The position numbers and the translations under genes were made by a program. From contig DASCSS010000022.1 in NCBI GenBank assembly GCA_034399535.1, positions 1 through 58,608 of the forward strand: a stretch of 58,608 bases of DNA, given 5' to 3'. Shown piece by piece: positions 1 to 10,100 of the stretch; within the stretch, counting starts at the first letter, position 1; every line of letters starts with the position of its first letter. The DNA is from Candidatus Thalassarchaeaceae archaeon (GTDB taxonomy: Archaea > Thermoplasmatota > Poseidoniia > Poseidoniales > Thalassarchaeaceae). The notes beneath the pieces are model-generated. The model was not told the origin of the DNA, ran no database searches, and was given only the letters and a program-made list of their open reading frames with translations.

Positions 1-2
1 GG

Positions 3-79
3 TGGCGGACCCACCGCGATTCGAACACGGGTTACGAGCTCCGCAAGCTCATGTGATATCCAGGCTACACTATGGGTCC
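3..79 (-). tRNA. tRNA-Arg (anticodon GCG), 3'-CCA encoded
   Basis: The reverse complement of 3-79 reads GGACCCA-TA-GTGT..TCAC-A-TGAGC-TTGCGGA-GCTCG-..-CCGTG-TTCGAAT-CGCGG-TGGGTCC-G-CCA. This gives a 7-bp acceptor stem, a 5-bp anticodon stem, the loop TT-GCG-GA and a canonical T-loop. Hand-folded only. Confidence 0.88.
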
Positions 80-128
80 AGTGGCTTTTCGACGGAAAGG
101 TCCCGCTTAATCCCGACGGTGCCGCCTA

Positions 129-524
129 TCACATGGACAGCGGCAGGACCGTCTTCCACCTGGGTTCGGCCAGCTTCTTCGAGTTGGGGCCGGTCATCGG
201 CTTCGGTGTCTTGTGGGTGAGCACCCCGTGCATTCCCTGAACAGAGAACTTGACGCGGAGCTCCAGCATCCGGTCCCTCTCCGCGGCACTGACCTGCTCT
301 GAGTCAAGATCGAACGTCGAAGCGGGGCCATCCCCCTCGTTCACGAGGCTCAGTGTGCTTCCCTCGAGGCTGGCCCTCGGGGAGAAGTCGAAGTCCTGGG
401 GGTCCATCATGCGCACCTCCACGTCAACCACCAAGCGGTCGCGGACTGACGCCTTGGTAATCTCGATCGACTTGACCACGCCAGTGCCACTGAGAGTTGG
501 TTGAAAGCCCTTCGCTCCGGGCAC
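129..524 (-). CDS. hypothetical protein (131 aa), possibly co-transcribed with the upstream PKD lipoprotein
   Basis: GTG-initiated ORF starting 8 nt after the stop of the 532-1701 gene on the same strand. Its composition is protein-like, whereas the overlapping + strand ORF (250-504) is Ser/Arg-rich antisense-type. No motif recognised. Confidence 0.4.
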   Translation of the reverse strand: MPGAKGFQPTLSGTGVVKSIEITKASVRDRLVVDVEVRMMDPQDFDFSPRASLEGSTLSLVNEGDGPASTFDLDSEQVSAAERDRMLELRVKFSVQGMHGVLTHKTPKPMTGPNSKKLAEPRWKTVLPLSM

Positions 525-531
525 TCAGGAA

Positions 532-1701
532 TCATACCCCAACTTCGCTGATTCTGAGGATCAGGACCCGGAACTGGACCTCGAGTCCCCAATCGTTGCC
601 CTGATCGGGATCCACGTCATCGACAGGCGTGTCCGGGTCGCACTCCAACGCTGTGACCGTCCAAATCCAGCCTCCCTGCCCGAACCTGCCGTTGGGGTCG
701 TTGAGTAGCGACTGCTCGACATCGGCCTTGGAATCGGCATAGACGGTGTAACCGGAGTCTGGCATCGGGTTCATTTCAGACCTCATTATTGTGACCGAGG
801 CGTTCTCGGTGATGTTGTCGTGGGTGGTGATGGCCGTTGTCCCCCAACCGGACATGGGGACGTCCAAGGCCAAGGAGAAGTTGTCCTCGGGCCACTGAAT
901 CGGAAGGAGGTCCCGTGAAAGGATGAGGGTTGCGGAGAACTCAATCACCCTGACGCCCTCACCTGGGAGATGCTGGATATCATGCGATGCGCCCTGTTCC
1001 AAGTACCCAGACCAGTCGTAATCCACGGTCGCCTCCTCCCAGACCACCCTGAACGACCTGGAAAGAACCCGAAGGGTCCAGAGCTTGATTGACTTGCCCC
1101 CGCTATCGTCCGTTACGGTGACAGCGCCTGTCCTGTTTTCTGACGCGGTCAGCGTCAGCTCTGCCACGGCACCCTGGAAGTCGTCGTCATTCAGTGGATC
1201 GCTGTCGCCGTTCGAATCCGTGCTGGAGTCGAAGTCCCAAGAGTACTGGAGCTGCCCTCCCTCGGGGTCCGTGGAGTCGCTTGCATCGAGGGTGGCCGTT
1301 TCACCGGACTTGACGAAGTCGGGAATCTGGAGGACGATATTTGGAAGGGCGTTCACGAAAATCCCGATGCTCGCAGAGTCTGAGGTCCCCTCGTCGCTAA
1401 TCACCACCACCCTTGCATCGAAGTTCCCGGCCTGCGCATAGGAGTGACTCACTATTCCCTGCTTGGTAGTCTTCGAGTTACCGTCGCCAAATTCCCATCT
1501 GTACTCGTCTATGATGGTGGGGTCGGGGCTTGTCGAGGCACGTGCATCGAAGTTTACGGTCTCACCCGCGTTGATGGATGCGTTATCTGCGCTAATGCTG
1601 GCATTGGGACTTCCGGGCCCAATCCCCCCACAGCCAGCCAAGGAGTGCGCCAACAGCAGAATAGCCATGGCCTTCGCTGCATTGCTCGGCGTCCTGTCCA
1701 T
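532..1701 (-). CDS. secreted PKD-domain protein with lipobox-like signal peptide
   Basis: The N-terminus MDRTPSNAAKAMAILLLAHSLAGCGG has a hydrophobic core followed by L-A-G-C. PKD-like signatures YRWEFGDGNS and YSWDFDSSTDSNGD are present. ATG at 1701. Confidence 0.7.
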   Translation of the reverse strand: MDRTPSNAAKAMAILLLAHSLAGCGGIGPGSPNASISADNASINAGETVNFDARASTSPDPTIIDEYRWEFGDGNSKTTKQGIVSHSYAQAGNFDARVVVISDEGTSDSASIGIFVNALPNIVLQIPDFVKSGETATLDASDSTDPEGGQLQYSWDFDSSTDSNGDSDPLNDDDFQGAVAELTLTASENRTGAVTVTDDSGGKSIKLWTLRVLSRSFRVVWEEATVDYDWSGYLEQGASHDIQHLPGEGVRVIEFSATLILSRDLLPIQWPEDNFSLALDVPMSGWGTTAITTHDNITENASVTIMRSEMNPMPDSGYTVYADSKADVEQSLLNDPNGRFGQGGWIWTVTALECDPDTPVDDVDPDQGNDWGLEVQFRVLILRISEVGV

Positions 1702-1731
1702 GCGACTAGTAAGTAGAAGTCACTCATAGCC

Positions 1732-2379
1732 ATGTTGGATTGGGAGATGGGTTTCGGGTGGATTGGGAGAGTTGATGGGCGGCGGCGGCAGGAGCGTGTC
1801 GTGGCAGCGGGAATTCTTGATGGGCACCGAGTCCTGGGGTTTGACTTGGAGACGACTGGATTTGACCCGAGGACGGACCGAATAGTGCAATTCGCCCTAG
1901 TGGGAAGCGAAAAAGACGGCTCGCACGTGAATCTGCATTCCTTGGTGGACCCAAGAAGGGATATCCCCCCGGAATCCACCAGGGTCCATGGCATAAAGGA
2001 CGAGGATGTCAGGGGGTTTGGTTCGTTCGATGAGCATCTGGATTCGATGTGTGATCTGATCGAAGGCTCGGTGATAGTGGGTCACAACGTTATTGCATTC
2101 GACTGGAGGTTCATGGAGATGGAATGCATGAGGATTGGACGGGAACCCCCCCAACCATTAGCAATAGTCGATACCCTGGTTATCGCGAGGCGCTTTCGCG
2201 TCCCTGGAAGGCACAAACTGGGAGTTCTGTGCGAAAGATTCGGGATCGGTTTAGAGAGGTCGCACAGGGCTGATGCAGATGCCGGAGCAACGCTCCTCCT
2301 GCTATGGAAGCTGATGGGGGCTTACCCGAAGAAGTTCGAGGGGACGGTTGAGGAGTTTGTAGCATCGCTATCACGCTGA
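1732..2379 (+). CDS. DnaQ-like DEDDh 3'-5' exonuclease (DNA pol III epsilon family)
   Basis: The Exo motifs appear in order: VLGFDLETTG (ExoI), GHNVIAFDWRFM (ExoII), HRADADAGAT (ExoIII, H-x4-D). ATG at 1732. Confidence 0.75.
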   Translation: MLDWEMGFGWIGRVDGRRRQERVVAAGILDGHRVLGFDLETTGFDPRTDRIVQFALVGSEKDGSHVNLHSLVDPRRDIPPESTRVHGIKDEDVRGFGSFDEHLDSMCDLIEGSVIVGHNVIAFDWRFMEMECMRIGREPPQPLAIVDTLVIARRFRVPGRHKLGVLCERFGIGLERSHRADADAGATLLLLWKLMGAYPKKFEGTVEEFVASLSR

Positions 2380-2425
2380 ACTCATCACGCGGCAACGTTA
2401 ACTGCATTGAGTTGCAGAGAACACC

Positions 2426-3229
2426 ATGGCGGACGCCCCCTTGATAGATGTCGAGGATGGGGTCAATGCCTCGGGTGCGCTTCTAGTCAGCTGCTTCCCT
2501 TCGGTGGGGTTCGTCAGCAGCATTGTTGCGCACTACCTGGTGGACAAGTTGGAGTTGGAGTTGGTCGGAGGCGTTAGGCACCCCGATCTCCCCCCAGTCT
2601 GCCTAATCCAGGACGGGAAGCCACTACCTCCACTGAGGTTCTACGCAGGGGAGCCGATTTGCAACATGGAGAAGTGCGACAGGGTCGTTCTACTGGCATC
2701 GGAGATACAGGTCCCTGAAAGGCTGAGTCTGCCTCTTTCTACCGGGCTGATCGATTGGATAGTAGAGTCAGGGGTGAGTTCCACCATAGTAGTGGACTCA
2801 TTCGCTCATGGCATCGACAGCAGTCACAGCATTTTCGATGACGACGAGGGGATGGAGTCTATGCTGGGCATAGGCTCGACCGATTCGAGTCACGAGCTTC
2901 TCAAAGGAATCGGGGTTCCACTTCTCAAGCAGGGAGTGCTGGGGGGGATGACGGGCGTGATGATGGGGGAGTGCAGGAGACGCAGGATCGATGCGTTGGC
3001 GATTCTCGCTGAGGCATCCGGTGAAATGGGCCAAGGCGTCATCCCGGATGCTAGGGCGGCCGCCAGGATCATTGCCTGCATGGATGGCTTACTACCGGCC
3101 GTCCAACTGGATCCTGAGCCCCTGATGGAAGAGGCACAGAGGATAGAGGGCCAGATCAGGGATATGATGGCAGTTCACCTTAACCCTCCTCAGGACAGCA
3201 GCGGTGCGCCCACGGGAATGTTTGGGTAG
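2426..3229 (+). CDS. PAC2-family proteasome assembly chaperone-like protein
   Basis: The N-terminal region LLVSCFPSVGFVSSIVAHYLVDKL...PPVCLIQDGKPLPPLRFY resembles the archaeal PAC2/COG1938 family. By-eye call only. Confidence 0.55.
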   Translation: MADAPLIDVEDGVNASGALLVSCFPSVGFVSSIVAHYLVDKLELELVGGVRHPDLPPVCLIQDGKPLPPLRFYAGEPICNMEKCDRVVLLASEIQVPERLSLPLSTGLIDWIVESGVSSTIVVDSFAHGIDSSHSIFDDDEGMESMLGIGSTDSSHELLKGIGVPLLKQGVLGGMTGVMMGECRRRRIDALAILAEASGEMGQGVIPDARAAARIIACMDGLLPAVQLDPEPLMEEAQRIEGQIRDMMAVHLNPPQDSSGAPTGMFG

Positions 3230-5341
3230 TCAGAACTCCCCTAGGGTGGATTGTCGCTCATGGGGTAGATCCTCGAGGATCCCCCCGCCGAGCATCTCAT
3301 CGAGCTCTTCCTCCGAGATGACTCGTACGCCAAGCCGATTCGCCTTCTCTAGTTTTGAGCCGGCAGATCCCCCAGCCACTAGGTAGTCCAGCTTCCCGGA
3401 CACCGATGTGACGATCTTCCCGCCCTCTGACTTGATAGAAAGGGCGATCTCCTTCCGTGGTCTGCTAAGGGAGCCAGTGATGCAGAAGGAGCTCCCTGTG
3501 AGGGGGCCGTCTACGGGGGCTTCCCCGCCCTCGGTGATCTCGATCTGCTCGTAGAGGTCCAGGATGGCCTCCCTCCTTGTCGAGATGCCATCCAGGAGAA
3601 GTCTGGCCACGGTTTCCCCTACCCTGTCTATGGAAACGAGGCGCTCCACCGCGCTTTCTTTGTCCTCGCTCATCTCGATGAGCTCCTCCAGAGTCGTGAC
3701 CTCGGTGCAAACGAGAGAGGCAATCTCGGGGCCGATCCTCGGAAGCCCCAATGCCGAGACGAATGTGCCAAGGGTCATAGTTCGGCTGGAGTTCAGCTCT
3801 TCGAGGATGTTGCTGGCGGACTTCGCTGCCATCCGGTCCAATGCTAGGAGCTCGTCCTCCCTTTCCTCTAGGCGATAGAGGTCCGCTAGGTTCTCAACGA
3901 GCCCGGATGAGCAGAGCTGCTCAGCGAGCTTCTCCCCAATCCCATCCATTCCAAGCTTCCTGCACCAGTACAGAATTGCCCGCTCCATCCTAGATGGGCA
4001 GTCCAGGTTTGTGCAGCGGATGAAAGCCCCGTCCTCGATCAGCTCGGTGGAGCAGCGGGGGCAGTGGGTCGGATATTCGACCTCGGCTCTCTCGGGGACT
4101 CCCTCTGTGAAGGGAGTCCCGTCCGAGTGAAACCTGTCTGCCAAGTCGGACTCCTGGGCGGGGCCCATGACCTCAATGATCTTCGGTATCACGTCACCCC
4201 TCCTGACCACCCTGACCTTGTCGCCGACCATCAGCCCCAGTCTCTGGACCTCACCGCGGTTGTGCAGAGTCGTGTTCTCGACTGTGACCCCAGACACGAC
4301 GACCGGGGCGATCCTGGATACGGGAGTTACGTTGCCGGTCCTCCCGGTCTGCCAGAATACCTCCATCAACACCGTTAGCGCCTCCTCAGGAGGGAACTTC
4401 CAGGCTAAGGCCCATCTCGGGTGATGGGCAGTGACACCAAGCAAGTCCCTCTTGTCGAGTCGGTCCAGCTTCACCACGACACCATCAATCTCCCAGACGG
4501 CGGAGTCCCTGGACTCGGACCACTGCCTGGTGATGGAGAGGATGGAGTCGGTGGCAGAGGTGTCGTCTTCGCCCGTGACCACGGTGTTTCCTGCGACTTC
4601 CATTCCCATCTCCTCGATCCAGGATATGGCTTCAGAGTCGAGGGAGAAGTCGGGGGGCTCGGGGCTGTCCGGGTGACGGTCGGCACCAGAAGGGAACTCG
4701 ACGCCATAAGCGAGGAATATCAGGTCATCGGGGCTGCCCTTGCCAGCATCGACGTACTTCTGACGAAGGGCTCCCGCTGCTAGGTTCCGGGGGTTCGGGG
4801 CTATCTCCGAGTACTTCTCCCTGAAGACTTCCAGAGGCATGACGACCTCCCCCCTGACATGGCAGTCCCCAGCCCATCCGATAGCTTGGGGGACGTTTCC
4901 CATGCGCCTAGCGTTAGCTGTCACGTCCTCCCCCCTGGATCCGTTGCCCCTGGTGGCTGCTCTGACCAACCTACCCCTTCGGTACTCTAGCGAGAGCGCA
5001 GAGCCGTCCAGCTTGGGCTGGCAGACGAACTGCCTTCCCTGGGCCGTAGTCTCGGCCACGAAGTGTGCTACCTCTTCCTCTGTGGTGGCCTTGTCGAGGC
5101 TCATCATGCGGAACAGGTGATCGACCTTGGTCGAGCCCGGGGCAGGGTCGGAGCCGATCATGCTCAGCTGTGGGTGATTGGGGGACAGGTCGTTAAGCTC
5201 GTCCCAGAGGGCGTCATACTCGGCATCCGAAATCTCCGGATCTGCCTTGTTGTAGTAGAGGTCGGAATGCCTTTCTATCTGCTGTGCGAGCCAGTTGATT
5301 CTGTCGTCAATTCCGGCCCCGGTCGGAGGCTCCGCTGCCAT
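3230..5341 (-). CDS. ligA: NAD+-dependent DNA ligase LigA (complete domain set)
   Basis: All LigA modules are visible. Domain Ia: YYNKADPEISDAEYDALWDEL. Adenylation KxDG: CQPKLDGSA. OB region. Cys4 zinc finger: CPRCSTELIEDGAFIRCTNLDCP. HhH region. C-terminal BRCT: FCITGSLS...LDYLVAG. The start is moved from the track's 5461 to the ATG at 5341 because 5400-5477 is a tRNA gene. Confidence 0.9.
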   Translation of the reverse strand: MAAEPPTGAGIDDRINWLAQQIERHSDLYYNKADPEISDAEYDALWDELNDLSPNHPQLSMIGSDPAPGSTKVDHLFRMMSLDKATTEEEVAHFVAETTAQGRQFVCQPKLDGSALSLEYRRGRLVRAATRGNGSRGEDVTANARRMGNVPQAIGWAGDCHVRGEVVMPLEVFREKYSEIAPNPRNLAAGALRQKYVDAGKGSPDDLIFLAYGVEFPSGADRHPDSPEPPDFSLDSEAISWIEEMGMEVAGNTVVTGEDDTSATDSILSITRQWSESRDSAVWEIDGVVVKLDRLDKRDLLGVTAHHPRWALAWKFPPEEALTVLMEVFWQTGRTGNVTPVSRIAPVVVSGVTVENTTLHNRGEVQRLGLMVGDKVRVVRRGDVIPKIIEVMGPAQESDLADRFHSDGTPFTEGVPERAEVEYPTHCPRCSTELIEDGAFIRCTNLDCPSRMERAILYWCRKLGMDGIGEKLAEQLCSSGLVENLADLYRLEEREDELLALDRMAAKSASNILEELNSSRTMTLGTFVSALGLPRIGPEIASLVCTEVTTLEELIEMSEDKESAVERLVSIDRVGETVARLLLDGISTRREAILDLYEQIEITEGGEAPVDGPLTGSSFCITGSLSRPRKEIALSIKSEGGKIVTSVSGKLDYLVAGGSAGSKLEKANRLGVRVISEEELDEMLGGGILEDLPHERQSTLGEF

Positions 5342-5399
5342 GTTGATGCAAAGGGGGCGATGCCCTTCAAACTGACCTATGGAGCGCAGCGGTGCATAT

Positions 5400-5477
5400 T
5401 GGTGGGCCTGCCAGGATTTGAACCTGGGTCGCGCGACCCCCAGCCGCGAAGTATAGGCCAAACTAACCTACAGGCCC
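5400..5477 (-). tRNA. tRNA-Pro (anticodon GGG), 3'-CCA encoded
   Basis: The reverse complement reads GGGCCTG-...-CGCGG-CTGGGGG-TCGCG-..-CCAGG-TTCAAAT-CCTGG-CAGGCCC-A-CCA. The acceptor stem is a perfect 7 bp and the anticodon loop is CT-GGG-GG. It lies 47 nt downstream of the rpoN stop. Confidence 0.88.
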
Positions 5478-5524
5478 CTTGGGCTCCCCTCCGAGCGTGT
5501 TACTGGTCAAAGCCCTGACGGAAG

Positions 5525-5734
5525 TCACTGCTGTCGGGCGATGCTGAATGGAGCTACCTCATCGATCAGGTCGATGTGCCCGACGAACATCCTTCTGCAG
5601 CAGTACCTCTCGAACCCCATATCATTGAGAGTCTTGGTTGGATCGGCGCCCTCATCGACGGCGTCCCTGAATTCCTGATACTTGTGTGCAATGACCTTGC
5701 CGCAACTCCAACACCTTACTGGGATTAGCATCAA
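5525..5734 (-). CDS. rpoN: DNA-directed RNA polymerase subunit N (Rpb10 homologue)
   Basis: MMLIPVRCWSCGKVIAHKYQEF...RYCCRRMF matches the CxxC...CC zinc-bundle signature. Size is 69 aa. It sits in the canonical position after rps9. Confidence 0.9.
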   Translation of the reverse strand: MMLIPVRCWSCGKVIAHKYQEFRDAVDEGADPTKTLNDMGFERYCCRRMFVGHIDLIDEVAPFSIARQQ

Positions 5735-5739
5735 TACAC

Positions 5740-6177
5740 CTACCTATACGACTTCTGCCATTTCTTGCGGGCGCCTCTGCCCATTTGATGCTTCGGTTCC
5801 TTCCTTCGTGGGTCGTTTACCAGCATCTTGCGCTCGAACCTGATGAATTCGTCCCTGAGTTCCTCGTCCTCACCCTCGGCGCCGTCGTTGTACTTCACTA
5901 GGCCCCTTGCTATGGCCGTCCTGATTGCGTCGACTTGTCCCATCTGACCCCCTCCACTCACGTCGACGGAGATGTCGACGCGGTCCAGGCGGTTCATTGC
6001 CTCGGCAATCTTGACTGGTTCGAGTGCCTTCTTCCTGGCTAGAGCTGGTTCCATGATGTGGATGGGGGTGCCGTTGACCCTGACCCTTCCCTTGCCTGGC
6101 TTCAGGGTTGCACGCGCAACGGCGGTCTTTCGCTTGCCGCTGGTGTTGACTACTTTGGGTCCCTTCTTCTTTGCCAT
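5740..6177 (-). CDS. rps9: 30S ribosomal protein S9 (uS9)
   Basis: GKRKTAVARA and the C-terminal RKKWQKSYR are uS9 hallmarks. The start is set at ATG 6177 (MAKKKG...). The track start at 6195 would overlap rpl13. Confidence 0.88.
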   Translation of the reverse strand: MAKKKGPKVVNTSGKRKTAVARATLKPGKGRVRVNGTPIHIMEPALARKKALEPVKIAEAMNRLDRVDISVDVSGGGQMGQVDAIRTAIARGLVKYNDGAEGEDEELRDEFIRFERKMLVNDPRRKEPKHQMGRGARKKWQKSYR

Positions 6178-6179
6178 GA

Positions 6180-6683
6180 TCACTCGCCTCCCCATCTTTC
6201 TGCGGCCACTCCAAGGTGGGAGCTTATTTCACCGAGACGGACGAACTTGTTCGGGAATGCCCTCTCTATGTTGCCGGTCTCCCCCCACTGGTGACCGTCC
6301 GGGAGGTCGTCTCCTGATAGGTTGGAAGGGGTCCCTATCATCACCCTGAGGTCCCTGAGGGACTGTCGTCCGCTGCTGTTCTTCTGGTAGGGGAGCATGC
6401 CCCTGACGGTCCTCTTGATTATCTTGTCAGGCATCCTAGGGAAGAATGGCCCCTTGCGTGGATGGTTGAGCTTGTACTTGGCCCTGTAGTCGCTGAGTAC
6501 CTTTGCCCTTGGGCCGGAAACTATTGCGCCCTCTGCGTTGATGATTATTACCCTCTGCTGCTTTCCGGACTTGCGAGCCGAAATCATCTCCTTCGCGACC
6601 TGGCTGGCAAGCCTTCCGAGGATCTTGTCCTTGGCATCGTATACTGTGGTGGCTTCAGACAAGAATCCTGACCCCCTTCCCAT
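6180..6683 (-). CDS. rpl13: 50S ribosomal protein L13 (uL13)
   Basis: VYDAKDKILGRLASQVAKEM and LNHPRKGPFFPRMPDKIIKRTVRGMLP are uL13-like. The ATG at 6683 overlaps rpl18e by 29 nt. An in-frame TTG at 6662 is an alternative start. Confidence 0.85.
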   Translation of the reverse strand: MGRGSGFLSEATTVYDAKDKILGRLASQVAKEMISARKSGKQQRVIIINAEGAIVSGPRAKVLSDYRAKYKLNHPRKGPFFPRMPDKIIKRTVRGMLPYQKNSSGRQSLRDLRVMIGTPSNLSGDDLPDGHQWGETGNIERAFPNKFVRLGEISSHLGVAAERWGGE

Positions 6684-7020
6684 TCGGGTTCTCCTCCATC
6701 AGCTCTCTGATGCTTAGTGTCCTGCCTCCGGAGGCCTCGATCTTTGTCTTGGCCCCCTCGCTGAAGCTGAATGCTGCTACTGTCTGTCCGCCGCTGATGG
6801 CACCGCTTCCCAGAACCTTGCCGGGGACCAGAATCGTCTCCTTCTTCTCGGAGTGACGGGAGATGTGACTGAGGTTTGGCTCGGCCCAGTTCTTTCGACT
6901 GGCCTCCAGCCTTCCGGCTATGTCTCGCCACAGTGCTGAGCCGGTTGATCTGCTGTGGTCCTTGAGGTCTCCGATGAGGGAAACAAGAGAGTGATTGGTC
7001 TTCCTCTGGTCCTTGCTCAT
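6655..7020 (-). CDS. rpl18e: 50S ribosomal protein L18e (eL18)
   Basis: SLVSLIGDLKDHSRSTGSALWRDIAGRL is L18e-like. The gene occupies the first position of the archaeal L18e-L13-S9-RpoN order. Start at ATG 7020 (MSKDQ...). Confidence 0.8.
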   Translation of the reverse strand: MSKDQRKTNHSLVSLIGDLKDHSRSTGSALWRDIAGRLEASRKNWAEPNLSHISRHSEKKETILVPGKVLGSGAISGGQTVAAFSFSEGAKTKIEASGGRTLSIRELMEENPNGKGVRILV

Positions 7021-7081
7021 GGCAACCGCTCCCATATCCGGGTAGCGCGGCCACCCAAGTCGGTGTTATGAATCCTGCGGG

Positions 7082-7098
7082 GCGCCCCGAAGGGGCGT
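7082..7098. other. GC-rich hairpin between the giant-protein gene stop and the r-protein operon
   Basis: GCGCCCC-GAA-GGGGCGT forms 6 Watson-Crick pairs plus a G-T closing pair with a 3-nt loop. It lies 22 nt beyond the stop at 7120. No oligo-T tract follows, so its role (terminator or insulator) is unclear. Confidence 0.25.
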
Positions 7099-7119
7099 GC
7101 GGCATGGCTTTCTGCCCCG

Positions 7120-10100
7120 TCAGATTCTGAAACCGTCGTCTTCAGCAGAGTCGTCGACCCCTGCGTACCTGACCTGTCCCTCTGCGTCAACGAACTGCCC
7201 TGCCCTGATTGAGGGCCCATAGAGGGCAGACTCGTTAGACGAGGTCCTGTTCAGCATCGTGTCGCCTAGGGAGGAATTCATCCGTCCAATCATGGACTGG
7301 AAGACCTGCATGGCACGGTCCCTTTGTTCCGAGCCGATGTCGTGGTCTGAGTACCGGGCTTCCTCGAATATCGAGAAGAACATGTCCATCTCCATAGGCG
7401 AGATAATGCCACCGAGCATCTTGTTGATCACGTCCTCGAACTCGCGGGTTGTCTCGAAGACCTTCTTCATCGCACCTCTCAATCTGAAGTACCTGATCAG
7501 GTCCTTGTAGCACTTGAAGATGGTCTCGATGTAGTTGTTGGATGCCTTGAGGGACATCAGGGAGTCCGTCAGTATTCCTCGGAGAATCTCGATCTTCCTC
7601 CTCTCCCGGTAGTTGTTGTACATCATCATCCCAACGAGGAGCAAGGAAGACGCAGCGATTCCCGAGAATACCAAAACTTGCGTGGATAGGAAGCTTTCGC
7701 CCTTGGTGTCGACTGAGGTCGAGAGGCGAATCTCCGGAGTGGTGTTTAGCCATCTTTCGACGAAGAATGGCCTGTTCTCGTCGGCTGATTGGAAGTGGAC
7801 TAGGACTCGCCACCTACCGTCGACTGCGATCACGTCAGAGCCCTCTCCGAACACCTCCTCACCTGGGTATACGAAGGAGAAGTTCGCAGAACCGCGCTCG
7901 TTGGTCGTAAGTATCTGCACGCCTCCCGGTGCGGTCGTCCAGCCAGTACCATTCCAGTATTGCCGGATGAACTCGACCCTCTGTCCTTCGACTGTGAGAT
8001 CCAGCCTGTCCCTGAGTATCGCGACCTCTCCGGCAATCACATCACCGACATGGAAGCCATTGGGGTTTGACCAGTGCTCCTTTAGAAGGACATCGACCTT
8101 GCTGCGGACGAGGACCTCAATGTCCGTGTACGAGCTGTTCAGAACAGGATTGTCCTCCGCTCTGCATCCACCGGGGATCTCCTTGTCGGGTTCGTAAGCC
8201 ACTCGGATTGTCCTGAACCCCTCGAGCTTGTTACCGCTCGGCTCGACTCCCCTCCTGCTAGGGTTGTCATCCGGGTCGGCGGAGTACCAATCGAATTCCC
8301 CCGTTCCATCAATGGTGAAGGCCGTGGCCACGGGGCGGGTGTTCACCTCGGGATCAAGGTAGATGTTGAGGCACTTGCCGCCAATTGGCTTGCCATTTGT
8401 CTGGGTGAGTTTCGCATCGATATGGAAGGCCTCCTTCAGATAAAGTACCTCAAAAGTGGATCCGTTAGGGAAGGTGTACGTCAGGTAGTCCGAGCGGAAC
8501 GGCCCTACCTCGGTGATATCCACCGACGAGTTCGAGAATACCGGGAAGAACTTGGTCACGCTATCATTGTGATAACGGAACCTGTCGTTGTTCTCGAAGG
8601 AGTTGTACTCTATCCTAACCTTAGCCTGTCCCGCGTCCACTCCCGAGAGGGGGCAAACGATGTCGAAGAACCCGTTTTCGTCGGAGACCCCGGGGATGCA
8701 TGCTGTGACTCCCTTGTTCCCCGAGTCCATCTCATATGTCACTCTGATTGCCCTGTTGGTCAGGTTTCCGCCCAGTTCGTCGACCAGTTGACCGGTCACT
8801 ATCATCGGCTTCTCTATCGCCTGCCCGGTGTTTGGGTCAATCTCGGAGGTGTAGACAATCTGGTCATCAACTTTCAGTGTGGTCCTTCCGATTAGGCTGA
8901 AGCCGTCAACTTGGAACTGCAGGACCTTCCTGAAGTGATCGCTGTTCAGTATGGTGACACAAGGGTCCCATGCCCCAGAGGTAGACAGCATTCCGGCATC
9001 CAGGGGCTCGCATCCCTCGTGCGGGAGGTTCTCCTCGAATCTCAATATGACGTTGACTGGGCCGAATCCGTCGGGCAGGAACGAGTAGGGGTCGTCTTTG
9101 AGAAGTTGGGGGTCAAGTATTCGCCCGTAGCTGAACATTCCAGTGTTGGGGCACTCGACCGAGACAATCTGTCGATGTGTCCTGTCTTCGAAGTCTATCC
9201 CTTCGTAAATCACCGTAATGTTGCCGCCCAAATCATACCCATTGTTCGAGTCCTCCCCGGCGCATGTGTTCAGAACCTCCCCCCCGTCCTTCTCGAAGGG
9301 AGTCATGTTGTCATCGGTGATCATTGCGTTGAATTCCCAGAGATCCCCGCTGGACCTGATGTTGGGACTGGTGCTCTGGACGTTGATGAAGGTCCTAGAT
9401 ACCACCCAGAGGTTGTGCTCGACCGTGTTGCCTTGCCTGAGCTCATCGCCCAAGTAGGTGAAGCCGAGCGAGAAGTTACCGAGGGTGTCGATGTCCGTAA
9501 GATTGACCCTGAAGAGGCCGTTATTGTCGGTGATCGAGACTCCGTTGGAGTTGTCCTCGGACCATGTCCAATTGACGGGCACCTCTCTGATGGGTTGATT
9601 CGAGTTGTCAACTAGCCTAGCCTCCACGGAGGTGTTTTGACCGCGATAAAGCCTGGGAAGGGTAATCGCCTCGAAGTCCGTTGTACCGATCATGGTTACG
9701 TTACCGTATGCTCCTGTGGCGGCCAGAACCTCTGCTTGATCTCCAGTGAAGTAATAGTCGGATTGGGTGAAGTCGGCCTTTATCTCGAAGGTCCCGGGTG
9801 GGTACTTGGAGTACCAAGTCCAGTTGTAATCGAAGGTTGCCAGCCCCCCTACATTTTCGATGACTGACCTCTCTGCAGTTTCGTACTGCCCTTCGAAGGC
9901 ACCGTTTTTGTCGGCATCGACTTGGAGCGTAACGGGGTCTTGGTACCATGGATCGAGGGTTCGGTTCCAAATATTGCCGATAACCCTGAATTTCTCTCCG
10001 GTGAACATCTCCGGTACTATTTCGCACCTGGCTGGACTGCTTGGATCCAAGGGATCTACGGGTCCGCATGGAGGTGAGTCGAAGTCCGCTCCGTTCTGCA

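Noticed and set aside
5342-5461. A 40-codon N-terminal extension of the LigA ORF in the track (MAYTSRLGVARPRFKSW...).
   Set aside because: It is the antisense reading of a well-formed tRNA-Pro(GGG) gene at 5400-5477. LigA domain Ia begins after the ATG at 5341.
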